Source of the DNA: Sphingomonas sp. | Lineage (GTDB): Bacteria > Pseudomonadota > Alphaproteobacteria > Sphingomonadales > Sphingomonadaceae | Assembly (NCBI RefSeq): GCF_035490575.1 | Contig: NZ_DATJLI010000153.1 | Location: 419-64,418 of the forward strand | Direction: 5' to 3' | DNA: 64,000 bases | Shown: piece by piece, positions 41,052 to 54,053 of the stretch | Position numbering within the stretch: position 1 is the stretch's first letter | How the letters are laid out: each line of letters opens with the position of its first letter | Program-made: the position numbers and the translations under genes | Notes under the pieces: model-generated | What the model saw: the letters and a program-made list of their open reading frames with translations, nothing else | The model's database searches: none | What the model was told of the DNA's origin: nothing

Positions 41052-43135
41052 TGTTCGCTTCGCTTGCCAGGGGCGGCTGGGGCACCGCGTCGCGCACGGC
41101 GGCGCTGCCGGGCGCGATCCTGTTGCTGGTCGTGCTGATGGTGGTGCCGATCCCGGCGCCGCTGCTCGACATATTCTTCATCGCCAACATCATGCTCAGC
41201 CTGGCGGTGCTGATGGTGGCGCTGAACGCGCAGAAGCCGCTCGACTTCTCGTCCTTTCCCACCGTCCTGTTGTTCGTCACGCTGTTTCGCCTGGGCCTGA
41301 ACGTCGCGTCGACGCGCGTGGTGCTGGTCCACGGCCATGAAGGCGAAGCGGCCGCGGGCCATGTGATCGAGGCGTTCGGATCGTTCCTGATCGGCGGCGA
41401 CTATGTCGTCGGCATCCTGGTGTTCGCGATCCTGATGATTATCAACATGATCGTCGTGACAAAGGGCGCGGGCCGCGTGTCCGAAGTGTCGGCGCGCTTC
41501 ACGCTGGATGCGCTGCCCGGCAAGCAGATGGCGATCGACGCCGACCTGAATGCCGGCCTCATCACCCCCGACGATGCCCGCGCGCGCCGCGTGGAGGTGT
41601 CGACCGAAGCCGATTTCTATGGCGCGATGGACGGTTCGTCCAAGTTCGTGAAGGGCGATGCGGTCGCCGGCCTGTTGATCCTGGCGATCAACATCGTCGG
41701 CGGCCTGATCCTGGGCGTCGTCAGCCACGGCATGACCGTGACCGACGCGGCCAGCGCCTATATCCTGCTGGCGATCGGTGATGCGCTGGTGGCGCAGATC
41801 CCGGCGCTGATGCTGTCGATCGCCGCCGCCGCCATCGTCACGCGCGTCGCCTCGACCCACGACCTTTCGGGCCAGATCGTCAGCCAGTTCGCATCGCATC
41901 GCACCTGGGCGCCGGTCGCGGCGATCCTGGGCCTGCTGGCGTTCCTGCCGGGGATGCCCGCGATGGTCATCCTGCCCGCCGCTGCTGCTGCGGGCTATGC
42001 CGCGTGGCGCCTGAAACAGATCGCCGACCGCCCGCCCCCGCCCGAACCCGTCGAGGCACCCGCCCCCACCGACCTGTCGCGGATCGGCTGGGACGAAGTG
42101 ACCGAGGGGATGCAGGTGATGCTCGACATCGGTTATGGCCTGGTCCCGCTGGTCGACGACCGCAAGGGCAGCCCGCTGATGAGCCGCATCACCGGGGTGC
42201 GCCGCCAATTGTCCAAGGAACTGGGCTTTGTCGTGCCGCAGGTGCGCGTGCGCGACGACATCAACCTGGCGCCCTTTACCTATCGCATCGTCGTCAACGG
42301 CGTCGTGGTCGGCGAGGATCAGGTCTCGCCGGAGGAGATGCTGGCGCTCAACACCGGGCAGGGTGTCGGCGCGCTGATCGGCAAGGCGGCGAAGGACCCG
42401 ACCTTCGGTCTCGACGCGACCTGGATTCCGGCGGGCGACGCCGATCAGGCGACGGGCATGGGCTATCTGGTGGTCGACCCCGGCACGGTCATCGCCACGC
42501 ACCTCAATCACATGCTGATCCAGAATGCCGCCGACCTGCTCGGCCCGGACGAGGTGCAGTCGCTGCTCGACGGATTGAAGGAACGCGCCGCCGCGCTGGT
42601 CGCCGCCCTGTGCCCCGCGCCGCTGCCGCTGACCACGCTGACGCAAGTGCTGCGCGGGTTGCTGGCCGAGAATATCCCGCTCAAGGAATTTCGCCGCATC
42701 GCCGCCGCCATCGCCGTCGCCGCGCAGCGCACGCAGGATGCCGAGGAACTGATCGAGACGATCCGCCCTGAAATCGGCCCGCTGATTGTGCAGAAGCTGT
42801 GCGGCGTGCGCGAACCGCTGCGTGTGATGACGCTGGAGGGCCAGCTTGAGGCGCTGCTGGGTCAGGCGATGCGCGCCGACATGCACCGCCGCCACACCAT
42901 CGAACCCGATCTGGGCCGCCGCATCGTCGATGCACTGCAACAGGCGGCACAGCCTTTGATGGCGGAGGCCAAGCCATTCGCGCTGGTGGTCCAGCCGTCG
43001 ATCCGCCGCGCGATACGCAAGCTGGTGCGCGCGACCCTGCCCGACACGCCCGTCATGAGCTTTTTCGAAGTGCCCGAGGACAAGGCGGTCGAGGTCGTCG
43101 CCGTGATCGGCGCGCCCGAGGCGCTGCCCGCGTGA
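41051..43135 (+). CDS. flhA: Flagellar export protein
   Basis: RVSEVSARFTLDALPGKQMAIDADL, DFYGAMDGSSKFVKGD. Confidence 0.97.
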   Translation: MFASLARGGWGTASRTAALPGAILLLVVLMVVPIPAPLLDIFFIANIMLSLAVLMVALNAQKPLDFSSFPTVLLFVTLFRLGLNVASTRVVLVHGHEGEAAAGHVIEAFGSFLIGGDYVVGILVFAILMIINMIVVTKGAGRVSEVSARFTLDALPGKQMAIDADLNAGLITPDDARARRVEVSTEADFYGAMDGSSKFVKGDAVAGLLILAINIVGGLILGVVSHGMTVTDAASAYILLAIGDALVAQIPALMLSIAAAAIVTRVASTHDLSGQIVSQFASHRTWAPVAAILGLLAFLPGMPAMVILPAAAAAGYAAWRLKQIADRPPPPEPVEAPAPTDLSRIGWDEVTEGMQVMLDIGYGLVPLVDDRKGSPLMSRITGVRRQLSKELGFVVPQVRVRDDINLAPFTYRIVVNGVVVGEDQVSPEEMLALNTGQGVGALIGKAAKDPTFGLDATWIPAGDADQATGMGYLVVDPGTVIATHLNHMLIQNAADLLGPDEVQSLLDGLKERAAALVAALCPAPLPLTTLTQVLRGLLAENIPLKEFRRIAAAIAVAAQRTQDAEELIETIRPEIGPLIVQKLCGVREPLRVMTLEGQLEALLGQAMRADMHRRHTIEPDLGRRIVDALQQAAQPLMAEAKPFALVVQPSIRRAIRKLVRATLPDTPVMSFFEVPEDKAVEVVAVIGAPEALPA

Positions 43136-43860
43136 GCGCCGCCGCCCCCCTTACCTATACCCCCGCCCAGCGCCCCGCCGCGCGCGATGTCGAGGCGATG
43201 GTGCGCGCCGAACTGCCGATGGTCCGGCGCGTTGCCTGGCACGTCCATGGCAGCATGAGCGCGATCGTCGAGGTCGAGGATCTCGTCCAGATCGGCATGG
43301 TCGCGCTGGTGGAGGCCGCGCGCGGATTCGAGGATCGTGGCGAGACGAGCTTCCACAATTTCGCGCTGACCCGCGTGCGCGGTGCGATGATCGACGAATT
43401 GCGGCGACAGGCAACGCTGACACGCGGCGCGATGAAGCGGCGCAAGGCTTATCAGGAAAGTATCGCCACGCTCCAGCGCGCACTCGGCCGCGCGCCGACC
43501 GAAGAAGAAGTCGCCACGCGGCTGGGCGTCAGCATCGAAAAGCTGCGACAGGACTATGCGACCGCTGAAGCGTTGCGCTTCGATTCGATCGACGAGGTAT
43601 ATTCGGACGAACTGTCATGGTTCGCCGACGATTCGGGCAACGCCTTTGCCGCGCTGGTCGAAGCGGGCACGCGCGATGCCCTGGCCCGCGCCATCGCCGC
43701 CTTGCCCGAACGCGAGGCGATGGTGGTGCAGCTCTATTATGTCGAGGAACTGAACCTTGAGGAAATCGGCCAGGTGCTGGGCGTCGGCGCGGCGCGCGTA
43801 TGCCAGATCAAGGCGAGCGCGCATTCGCGGCTGAAAAAGGCGCTGTCAGGCCGCGTTTAG
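43132..43860 (+). CDS. fliA: Flagellar sigma28
   Basis: DLVQIGMVAL, RVRGAMIDELR, LYYVEELNLEEIGQVLGV..RVCQI. Confidence 0.93.
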   Translation: MSAAAPLTYTPAQRPAARDVEAMVRAELPMVRRVAWHVHGSMSAIVEVEDLVQIGMVALVEAARGFEDRGETSFHNFALTRVRGAMIDELRRQATLTRGAMKRRKAYQESIATLQRALGRAPTEEEVATRLGVSIEKLRQDYATAEALRFDSIDEVYSDELSWFADDSGNAFAALVEAGTRDALARAIAALPEREAMVVQLYYVEELNLEEIGQVLGVGAARVCQIKASAHSRLKKALSGRV

Positions 43861-44003
43861 TCGGACTCTTGAACCCGACCGGAACGGCGCACCGCCTCGA
43901 CGCTAGCGCTCCCGCCGATACGTTCTTGTATGACATGATAGCGCAACCATGGCATGGCTGCGCCCCGTAGCCGGCAACGACCGGAACCAACGGGAGAGTT
44001 TGC

Positions 44004-45686
44004 ATGAATGACGGAAACGAAACGGGCTTCCGGCTCGATCGGCGCGCCTTGCTGGGCGCGGCACCGATGGGACTGGCGCTGGCGGGCACGGCACGCGCCT
44101 CGGACAGCGTGAAGGTGGGCGCGCATAGCGGGCCGGGCGGCTGCTCGACGCCCCGCAATGCCATCGCCCGCACCCAATATGGCCCGGTGCGCGGCTTCGT
44201 CGCGGGCGACGTGTTCCACTTCAAGGGCATTCCCTATGGCGACGATACCGGCGCCGCCAATCGCTGGCTGCCCGCCAAGGCGCCCAAGCGCTGGACCGAG
44301 CCGTATAACGCGCTGGTCTATGGCGCGAACTGTCCCCAGACCCCGCACAATTTCCGCGCGATCGAGCATACTTTCCTTCAGGACTGGGACGACGGTTTCC
44401 AGGGGGAGGACATGCTCAAGCTGAATGTCTGGACCCCGTCGCTGTCGGGCAATCGCGCGGTCATGGTCTATTTCCACGGCGGCGGCTTTGCCTTCGGCTC
44501 GGCCTATGAACTGCCCAGTCATGAGGGCGCGCAAATGGCGCGCAATCACGACGTGGTGCAGGTGTCGGTCAATCACCGGCTGAACGCGCTGGGCTTTTTC
44601 GATGTGTCCGAACTGGGCGGCGATGCCTATCGCGACTCGGCCAATGTCGGGATGACCGATCTGGTCGCCGCGCTGAAATGGGTTCAGGAAAATATCGCCG
44701 CGTTCGGCGGCGATCCCGACAAGGTAATGATCTATGGCCAGTCGGGCGGCGGGTCCAAGGTGACGACGCTGCTGGGCATGGCGGCCGCCGCCGGCACGTT
44801 CCACCGCGCGGCGATCATGTCGGGCGGCGGCGGCAACATACCCACCGCCGAACAGTCGCGCGACTTCGCTCGCACGGTGGTCAAGCGGCTGGACATCGGT
44901 ACCGGCCTGGCCGCGCTGGAGGCGCTGCAGAAGATCGAATGGCAGCGCCTGTTCGAAACCGGCAGCAAGGTCGCGGGTGAGATCAACGGACCCATGCGCG
45001 GACTGCCCAATCCGGGCGCGACACCGACGCCGCGCGTAGGCTGGGGACCGACGCTCGACGGGCGGCTGGTTACCGTCCGCAGCTTCCTCGACACCGCGCC
45101 CGCGGTTTCGCGCAACATCCCGCTGGTGATCGGCGGCACCAGCGAGGAAGGGATGCGCTTCAGCCAGAACCCGACCGAGGCCGAATGGCGCGCGCAACTG
45201 ACCGAGACGCTGGGCGCACAGCGCGCCAATGCGCTGGTCGATGAAATGAAGCGCGCCCATCCCGAAAAGGCCGTCCGCACGCTCAGCTACGGCGTGCAGG
45301 GCCTGACCTATCGCAACAATATCCAGCGCATGGTCCGGCTGCGTCATGAACAGGGCGGCGCGCCCGTCTATCAATATCATTTCCAGTGGCAGTCGCCGCA
45401 ACTGGATGGCTTTGCCGGGGCCTGGCACACGGCCGAACTGGCGTTCTTCTTCGACAACACCAAAAGGTGCGAACAAGGCACCGGCGACACGAAAGAAGCA
45501 CGCGCGCTAGCCGCCAAATGCGCGCGGGCATTCGCCAATTTTGCGCGCACCGGCAATCCCAGCCAGCCAGGCCTGAACTGGACCACGACCGATCCGACGC
45601 GGTGCCAGACGATGGTGTTCGACAATCAGTGCCGGATGGTCGACGATCCCGAAGGCGCGGCGCGGCGCATCCTGTTGACCGCCTGA
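44004..45686 (+). CDS. Type-B carboxylesterase with Tat-like signal peptide
   Basis: RRALLGAA signal, EDMLKLNVWTP, FHGGGF, GQSGG nucleophile, GAWHTAEL. Confidence 0.88.
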   Translation: MNDGNETGFRLDRRALLGAAPMGLALAGTARASDSVKVGAHSGPGGCSTPRNAIARTQYGPVRGFVAGDVFHFKGIPYGDDTGAANRWLPAKAPKRWTEPYNALVYGANCPQTPHNFRAIEHTFLQDWDDGFQGEDMLKLNVWTPSLSGNRAVMVYFHGGGFAFGSAYELPSHEGAQMARNHDVVQVSVNHRLNALGFFDVSELGGDAYRDSANVGMTDLVAALKWVQENIAAFGGDPDKVMIYGQSGGGSKVTTLLGMAAAAGTFHRAAIMSGGGGNIPTAEQSRDFARTVVKRLDIGTGLAALEALQKIEWQRLFETGSKVAGEINGPMRGLPNPGATPTPRVGWGPTLDGRLVTVRSFLDTAPAVSRNIPLVIGGTSEEGMRFSQNPTEAEWRAQLTETLGAQRANALVDEMKRAHPEKAVRTLSYGVQGLTYRNNIQRMVRLRHEQGGAPVYQYHFQWQSPQLDGFAGAWHTAELAFFFDNTKRCEQGTGDTKEARALAAKCARAFANFARTGNPSQPGLNWTTTDPTRCQTMVFDNQCRMVDDPEGAARRILLTA

Positions 45687-45690
45687 CCCC

Positions 45691-46647
45691 TCAACCGGGC
45701 CGGTCGATGCCGACAGGCGTCAGCAGCGGTCGGCCCGCCAGCCCGGCATCGAGATTGTCGAGCAACAATGCCGCCATCGCCCGCCGTGTCTCCACCGTGG
45801 CGCTGGCGATATGCGGGGTCAGCAGCGTGCGGTCGCTGTCGATCAGCGCGCGCGGCACGTCCGGTTCGTCGGCGAACACATCCAGCGCGGCGCCGGCGAT
45901 GGTGCCGCGCTCGATCGCGGCGACCAGCGCGTCCTGATCCACCACCGACCCCCGCGCAACGTTGACCAGCACGCCGTCGGGACCGAGTGCAGCCAGCACA
46001 TCGGCGTCGATCAGGTGCCGCGTCTCCGGCGTCGCGGCGGTCGCCACGATCAGCACGTCACACGCCGCCGCCAGCGCGCGCGGGCTATCGTGGAAATGAT
46101 AATCGACGGGCTTTGGCGCGCGTCCGGAATAGGCAACCGGCCCGAACGCGCGCAGCCGATCCGCAATTGCGGCACCGATCCGGCCCAGCCCCACGATCCC
46201 GAACCGCCGCCCCGTCACCTTGCGCGCAAGCAGCATGTTGCCTTCCGCCCATGCGCCGCTGCGAACGAAGCTGTCAGCGCGCGGCAATTGCCGGATCAGG
46301 CCGATCACCAGCCCCACCGCCAGGTCGGCCACATCGTCGGTCAGCACGTCGGGCGTGTTCGTCACCGCCACGCCGCACCTGTCGGCATGGGCGATATCGA
46401 TCTGGTCATATCCGACACCATTGACCGCGATCAGCCGCAGCGACGGCAACGCTTCAATCAGGTCGCGGGGAGCGCCGACATGGCCGTTGGTGATGATCGC
46501 CGTGGCCTCACCCGCATGATCCGCCAGCCAGCGCGCCTGGCCTACATCGGTCATTTCGAACCACCGCACCACACACCCGCGCGCGGCCAGCGCGGCTTCG
46601 AGATCGTCGGAAAAGGGCGAAAGCTGGATCAGCGTCGGCAGGGTCAT
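45691..46647 (-). CDS. D-2-hydroxyacid dehydrogenase
   Basis: GVGYD, GIVGLGRIG, NVARGSVVD, TPHIAS. Confidence 0.92.
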   Translation of the reverse strand: MTLPTLIQLSPFSDDLEAALAARGCVVRWFEMTDVGQARWLADHAGEATAIITNGHVGAPRDLIEALPSLRLIAVNGVGYDQIDIAHADRCGVAVTNTPDVLTDDVADLAVGLVIGLIRQLPRADSFVRSGAWAEGNMLLARKVTGRRFGIVGLGRIGAAIADRLRAFGPVAYSGRAPKPVDYHFHDSPRALAAACDVLIVATAATPETRHLIDADVLAALGPDGVLVNVARGSVVDQDALVAAIERGTIAGAALDVFADEPDVPRALIDSDRTLLTPHIASATVETRRAMAALLLDNLDAGLAGRPLLTPVGIDRPG

Positions 46648-46686
46648 ACCCGCATCCTAGCGCAAAGCGGGTGCATCGCCATCGAC

Positions 46687-46711
46687 GGAACCGCCGGCGC
46701 GCCCGCCGGTT
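46687..46711 (+). promoter_or_regulatory. EcfG-type promoter
   Basis: GGAAC-N17-GTT exact match, 30 nt upstream of the ORF; GGAGAG RBS. Confidence 0.65.
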
Positions 46712-46741
46712 GACCGGGCACCCCCTTTCCGGAGAGCCACG

Positions 46742-47053
46742 ATGATGCAACGCCCCCTGCCCGACCTGTCCCGCAATGCCGTGCTGGCGGCGGGCGCGGG
46801 GATCGCCGTTGCCGCGGCGGGCATTGCCGCGCTCGGCTGGGCGATGCGCCGCCGCGCGCCTGAGGAGGGGCACGCCGCCCCCGACCTGCCCCGCGACGGC
46901 AGCCGACCGGACGCGGATCGGCGCGCACCGGTCGACTTCCGCCCCGATCCCACCGCCCCCGTCAGCGCCGCCGAGCGCGAAGCACTGCGTCCCGCCACCG
47001 GCCCGTCGCCCACGCTGGTGAATGATCGCGGCGCGGTTCGCAGCCAGCCCTGA
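46742..47053 (+). CDS. Small hypothetical protein with one N-terminal TM helix
   Basis: RBS, AVLAAGAGIAVAAAGIAALGWAM, Pro/Asp-rich tail. Confidence 0.65.
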   Translation: MMQRPLPDLSRNAVLAAGAGIAVAAAGIAALGWAMRRRAPEEGHAAPDLPRDGSRPDADRRAPVDFRPDPTAPVSAAEREALRPATGPSPTLVNDRGAVRSQP

Positions 47054-47085
47054 CGCTGCCGCGACCGGCCTGCTACGACAGCGAC

Positions 47086-47892
47086 ATGACAAAGGCGGGC
47101 ACGATTCGCGTCGGCATCGGCGGCTGGACCTATGAACCGTGGCGCGGCGGCACTTTCTATCCCGAAGGGCTGCCGCACAAGCGCGAGCTGGAACACGCCG
47201 CCGCCGCCATGACCGCGATCGAGGTCAACGGCACCTACTATTCCAGCTTCAAACCCGCCACCTTCGCCAATTGGGCAAAGGCGGTGCCCGACGGTTTCGT
47301 CTTCACGCTCAAGGCGTCGCGATACGTCACGAACCGCAAGCTGCTGGCCGGGGCGGGCGAATCGATCGCGCGCTTTGTCGATCAGGGCATTGTCGAACTG
47401 GGCGACCGGCTGGGTCCGATATTGTGGCAGTTCATGGCCACCAAGAAGTTCGACGCCGACGATTTCGGGGCGTTCCTGAAACTGCTGCCCGCCAGCCATG
47501 CCGGCGTCGGCCTGCGCCACGCGGTGCAGGTGCGCCACGACAGCTTCCGCGACCCCGCCTTTGTCGACATGGCTCGCGCCGCCGGGGTGGCGATCGTCAA
47601 CGCCTGGTCCGACGATTATCCCGGCATCGGCGATGTTAGCGGCGATTTCGTCTATGCCCGCTTTGAAAATGCCATGTCGGCAGAGGAACAGGGTTTCCCC
47701 GCCGCGACGCACGACCGCTTTGCCGATTGGGCGCGCGACTGGGCGTCAGGCGCGCAGGCAGGCGACCTGCCGCTGGTCGGCACACCGATCGACCGGAAGC
47801 CCCGCGACGTGTTCGCCTTCATGATAAACGGCGCCAAGGAACGCGCCCCCGCCGCCGCCATGGCGCTGATCGACCGGGTCGGCCGCCCCTGA
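47086..47892 (+). CDS. DUF72 family protein
   Basis: [36 protein letters not shown]. Confidence 0.9.
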   Translation: MTKAGTIRVGIGGWTYEPWRGGTFYPEGLPHKRELEHAAAAMTAIEVNGTYYSSFKPATFANWAKAVPDGFVFTLKASRYVTNRKLLAGAGESIARFVDQGIVELGDRLGPILWQFMATKKFDADDFGAFLKLLPASHAGVGLRHAVQVRHDSFRDPAFVDMARAAGVAIVNAWSDDYPGIGDVSGDFVYARFENAMSAEEQGFPAATHDRFADWARDWASGAQAGDLPLVGTPIDRKPRDVFAFMINGAKERAPAAAMALIDRVGRP

Positions 47893-47982
47893 ACCGCATC
47901 CCCCTTTCGCCAACGCAGCAAATGAGCTAAGCGCGCCACCCGAACCCCGCGCGACGGGCGCGGCCAAACCAACGGACACCCT

Positions 47983-49821
47983 ATGCAACTCCGCAACGTG
48001 GCGATCATCGCCCACGTCGACCATGGCAAGACCACGCTCGTCGACCAGCTTTTCCGCCAATCGGGCACCTTCCGCGACAATCAGCGCGTGGAAGAGCGCG
48101 CGATGGATTCGAACGATCTCGAAAAGGAACGCGGGATCACCATCCTTGCGAAGCCGACTTCGGTGGACTGGTCGCCCGACGGCACGCCCGAGAACTCGAT
48201 CCGCATCAACATTGTCGACACCCCCGGCCACGCCGATTTCGGTGCCGAGGTGGAACGCATCCTGTCGATGGTCGACGGCGTCATCCTGCTGGTCGATTCG
48301 TCCGAAGGCGCGATGCCGCAGACCAAGTTCGTGACCGGCAAGGCGCTGAAGCTGGGCCTGCGCCCCATCGTCGTCGTCAACAAGGTCGACCGTTCGGACG
48401 CGCGCATCCAGGAAGTGCTGGACGAGGTGTTCGACCTGTTCGTCAGTCTTGAGGCGAATGACGACCAGCTCGATTTCCCCGTGCTGTTCGCATCGGGCCG
48501 CAACGGCTATGCCTCGACGGACCCGGAAGCGCGTGAAGGCACGCTGACGCCGATGTTCGAGAAGATCGTCGAGCATGTGCCCCCGCCCGCCGTCGATCCC
48601 GAGGCAGAGTTCAAGTTCCTCGTCACGCTGCTCGACCGCGACAACTTCCTTGGCCGCATCCTGACCGGCCGTGTCGAGCAGGGCACGGTCCGCACCAATC
48701 AGCCGATCCACGCGCTGGACATGGACGGCAACGTCATCGAAACGGGCCGCGCGTCCAAGATCATGTCGTTCCGCGGCCTTGAGCGCGTGCCGGTGGACGA
48801 GGCGAAGGCCGGCGACATCATCAGCCTGGCCGGCCTGACCGTGGCAACCGTGTCGAACACCATCTGCGACACATCGGTCAGCGTGCCGATTCAGGCGCAG
48901 CCGATCGACCCGCCCACGCTGTCGATGCGTTTTGCCGTCAACGATTCGCCGATGGCGGGGCGTGAGGGCAGCAAGGTGACGTCGCGCATGATCCGCGACC
49001 GCCTGCTTCGCGAAGCCGAATCGAACGTCGCCATCCGCGTCACTGAAGCCGCCGACAAGGACAGCTTCGAGGTTGCCGGCCGCGGCGAGCTTCAGCTGGG
49101 CGTCGTGATCGAGACGATGCGCCGCGAGGGTTTCGAACTGGGCATCAGCCGCCCGCGCGTGCTGTTCGGCACCGACGAAAGCGGCAACAAGACCGAGCCG
49201 TATGAAACCGTCGTCATCGACGTGGACGAGGAGTTTTCGGGCACCGTCGTCGAAAAGATGAACCTGCGGAAAGCCGAGATGACCGACATGCGCCCATCGG
49301 GCGGCGGCAAGACGCGCATCACCTTCTCCGCCCCCTCGCGCGGCCTGATCGGCTATCATGGCGAGTTCCTGTCGGACACGCGCGGCACCGGCATCATGAA
49401 CCGGCTGTTCGAGAAATATGGCCCGCACAAGGGTCCGATCGAAGGCCGCAAGAACGGCGTGCTGATCTCCAACGGCACGGGCGAGGCCAATGCCTATTCG
49501 CTCAACTCGCTGGAAGAGCGCGGCATCCTGTTCGTCGGACATGGCGAAGCGCTCTATGAAGGCATGATTATCGGCGAAAATGCCAAGACGGACGACCTTG
49601 AGGTCAATCCGATGCGCGCCAAGCAGCTCACCAACATCCGCTCGTCGGGCAAGGACGACGCGATCCGGCTGACCCCGCCCAAGCGGATGACGCTGGAACA
49701 GGCGATCGCCTATATCGACGATGATGAAATGGTCGAAGTGACGCCCAAGTCGATCCGGCTTCGCAAACGCTATCTCGACCCGAACGAGCGCAAGCGCCAG
49801 AGCCGTCAGAAGGCCGCGTAA
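47983..49821 (+). CDS. typA: Translational GTPase TypA/BipA
   Basis: [34 protein letters not shown]. Confidence 0.98.
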   Translation: MQLRNVAIIAHVDHGKTTLVDQLFRQSGTFRDNQRVEERAMDSNDLEKERGITILAKPTSVDWSPDGTPENSIRINIVDTPGHADFGAEVERILSMVDGVILLVDSSEGAMPQTKFVTGKALKLGLRPIVVVNKVDRSDARIQEVLDEVFDLFVSLEANDDQLDFPVLFASGRNGYASTDPEAREGTLTPMFEKIVEHVPPPAVDPEAEFKFLVTLLDRDNFLGRILTGRVEQGTVRTNQPIHALDMDGNVIETGRASKIMSFRGLERVPVDEAKAGDIISLAGLTVATVSNTICDTSVSVPIQAQPIDPPTLSMRFAVNDSPMAGREGSKVTSRMIRDRLLREAESNVAIRVTEAADKDSFEVAGRGELQLGVVIETMRREGFELGISRPRVLFGTDESGNKTEPYETVVIDVDEEFSGTVVEKMNLRKAEMTDMRPSGGGKTRITFSAPSRGLIGYHGEFLSDTRGTGIMNRLFEKYGPHKGPIEGRKNGVLISNGTGEANAYSLNSLEERGILFVGHGEALYEGMIIGENAKTDDLEVNPMRAKQLTNIRSSGKDDAIRLTPPKRMTLEQAIAYIDDDEMVEVTPKSIRLRKRYLDPNERKRQSRQKAA

Positions 49822-49833
49822 GCTGATCTATTC

Positions 49834-49863
49834 CCGCCGCCCCGGTTCCGACCTGGGCGGCGG
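49834..49863 (+). terminator. Hairpin after typA
   Basis: CCGCCGCCC..GGT-tccg-ACC..GGGCGGCGG followed by ATTTC. Confidence 0.6.
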
Positions 49864-49933
49864 ATTTCATTCGGGCGGGCGTGGCGCAACGCGACCGTTG
49901 CCGCCCCCGAAAAGCGCTGCTAATCGAACCGCC

Positions 49934-50161
49934 ATGATCGCCCCGCCCGAACTCATCCGCACCTCGACCCCGCGTGTTGCCTGTGACGGCGCCGGCGAAA
50001 TCGAACCCGCGCTGGGCCATCCGCGCGTCTGGCTCCAGATCGATGAATCGGGCTATGTCGATTGCGGTTATTGCGACCGCCGCTTCGTGCTGATCGGCGG
50101 CCCGGCCGATGGTGCCGATCATTCTCAGCTTCCCGACCATGGGGATGGTGCCGGCCGCTGA
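49934..50161 (+). CDS. zf-CHCC zinc-finger protein
   Basis: VACDG..GHPRVW..CGYC. Confidence 0.85.
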   Translation: MIAPPELIRTSTPRVACDGAGEIEPALGHPRVWLQIDESGYVDCGYCDRRFVLIGGPADGADHSQLPDHGDGAGR

Positions 50162-50179
50162 GCTGCCTATATCGGTGGG

Positions 50180-51610
50180 ATGACTGTTTCCACCGATCCC
50201 CGCGCGTTCCTCTACGGCGACGCGCTCGACCCCGATATTGCCCTCAAGCTAACCGCCGACGCGCTGGCGCGTGCCGAGGATGGCGAGCTTTACCTGCAAT
50301 ATTCGCACAGCGAAGCATTCGGGTTCGATGACGGGCGACTGAAAACCGCGTCCTACAATAATCATTCGGGCTTCGGCCTGCGCGCCGTATCGGGCGAACA
50401 GACCGCATTCGCCCAAGGCAATGCGCTGTCGGCCGACGCCATTCGCCGCGCAACCTCGACCATGGCGCTGATCGACCCGGCGCGTCAGGCAAAGGCGCCG
50501 CCGCCGCGCGGCAACAACCGCCACCTCTATACCGCCGCCGACCCGCTCGATCTGGTGTCCTTCGCCGACAAGGTGGCGCTGTGCCAGACGATCGACGCCG
50601 CCGCCCGCGCGCGTGATCCGCGCGTGGCGCAAGTCAGCGTCGCTCTGACCGGATCGTGGAACGTCGTGGAGGTCGTGCGCCCCGACGGCTTCACCGCGAC
50701 CGATGTGCGCCCGCTGGTCCGGCTGAACGTCACCATCGTGGTCGAAGCGAATGGCCGCCGCGAATCGGGCGGTTTCGGCCTTGGCGGACGCGAGCTGTAT
50801 GACCGGGTGATGGCCCCCGAAACCTGGAACCGCGCCGTGGACGAAGCCCTGCGTCAGGCGCTGGTCAATCTGGAAGCCGTCCCCGCCCCGGCGGGCGAAA
50901 TGCCCGTGCTGCTTGGCCCCGGCTGGTGCGGCGTGATGCTGCACGAAGCGGTCGGCCACGGGCTGGAGGGCGATTTCAACCGCAAGGGCAGCTCTGTCTA
51001 TTCAGGCCGCATCGGTGAGCGCGTGGCGGCACCCGGCGTCACGGTGGTCGATGACGGCTCGATCACTGCGAAACGCGGCTCGCTGTCGATCGACGACGAA
51101 GGCACGCCCACACAGGAGAATGTCCTGATCGAGGACGGTGTGCTCAAAGGCTATATTCACGACCGGCTGAACGCGCGGCTGATGGGTGTCGCCCCCACCG
51201 GCAATGGCCGCCGCGAAAGTTTCGCGCACGCGCCGATGCCGCGCATGACCAACACTTTCATGCGCGGCGGACAGGATGATCCGGCCGAGCTGATGTCGCG
51301 CGTCAAGCGCGGCATTTACGCCACCAGCTTCGGCGGCGGACAGGTCGACATCGTGTCGGGCCGCTTCGTGTTTTCCTGCACCGAGGCCTATCTGATCGAA
51401 AACGGTCGGCTGAGCACCCCGATCAAGGGGGCGATGCTGATCGGCGACGGTCCCACCGCGATGACCCGCGTGGAGGGCATCGGCAACGACTTCGCACTGG
51501 ACGAAGGCGTCGGCATGTGCGGTAAGGGCGGACAGGCCGTGCCCGCGGGCGTCGGCCAGCCCAGCGTGCTGATCGGCGGGCTGACCGTGGGCGGCACGGC
51601 GCTGAACTAA
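50180..51610 (+). CDS. tldD: TldD metalloprotease
   Basis: LHEAVGHGLEGDFNRKG, PMPRMTNT, CGKGGQAVP. Confidence 0.95.
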   Translation: MTVSTDPRAFLYGDALDPDIALKLTADALARAEDGELYLQYSHSEAFGFDDGRLKTASYNNHSGFGLRAVSGEQTAFAQGNALSADAIRRATSTMALIDPARQAKAPPPRGNNRHLYTAADPLDLVSFADKVALCQTIDAAARARDPRVAQVSVALTGSWNVVEVVRPDGFTATDVRPLVRLNVTIVVEANGRRESGGFGLGGRELYDRVMAPETWNRAVDEALRQALVNLEAVPAPAGEMPVLLGPGWCGVMLHEAVGHGLEGDFNRKGSSVYSGRIGERVAAPGVTVVDDGSITAKRGSLSIDDEGTPTQENVLIEDGVLKGYIHDRLNARLMGVAPTGNGRRESFAHAPMPRMTNTFMRGGQDDPAELMSRVKRGIYATSFGGGQVDIVSGRFVFSCTEAYLIENGRLSTPIKGAMLIGDGPTAMTRVEGIGNDFALDEGVGMCGKGGQAVPAGVGQPSVLIGGLTVGGTALN

Positions 51611-51626
51611 GCCCCCCACAACGCGC

Positions 51627-51667
51627 AAAAAAGCGCCGCGCCCCCTTATCGGGGACGCGGCGCCTTT
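51627..51667. terminator. Bidirectional terminator between tldD and katG
   Basis: A6-GCGCCGCG-CCCC..GGGG-CGCGGCGC-CTTT. Confidence 0.75.
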
Positions 51668-51685
51668 CATTCGGTCAGGCCGCGA

Positions 51686-53917
<2,232 letters not shown>

Positions 53918-54053
53918 TTACGCACAACTTGATGATGGCAGGATCGCGTGACGCTTCGCCAACGTCCAACCGCTTGTTTCGGTCAGAGTAAGCGAGTTGT
54001 GCGTTTGCAGCGACCGCTCGACTTCATGCCCGGCGCCAGCTAACCCGGTTGCG

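Noticed and set aside
43881-43904. EcfG-like GGAAC...CGCT upstream of the esterase
   Set aside because: Spacer is only 15 nt and the -10 has a mismatch.
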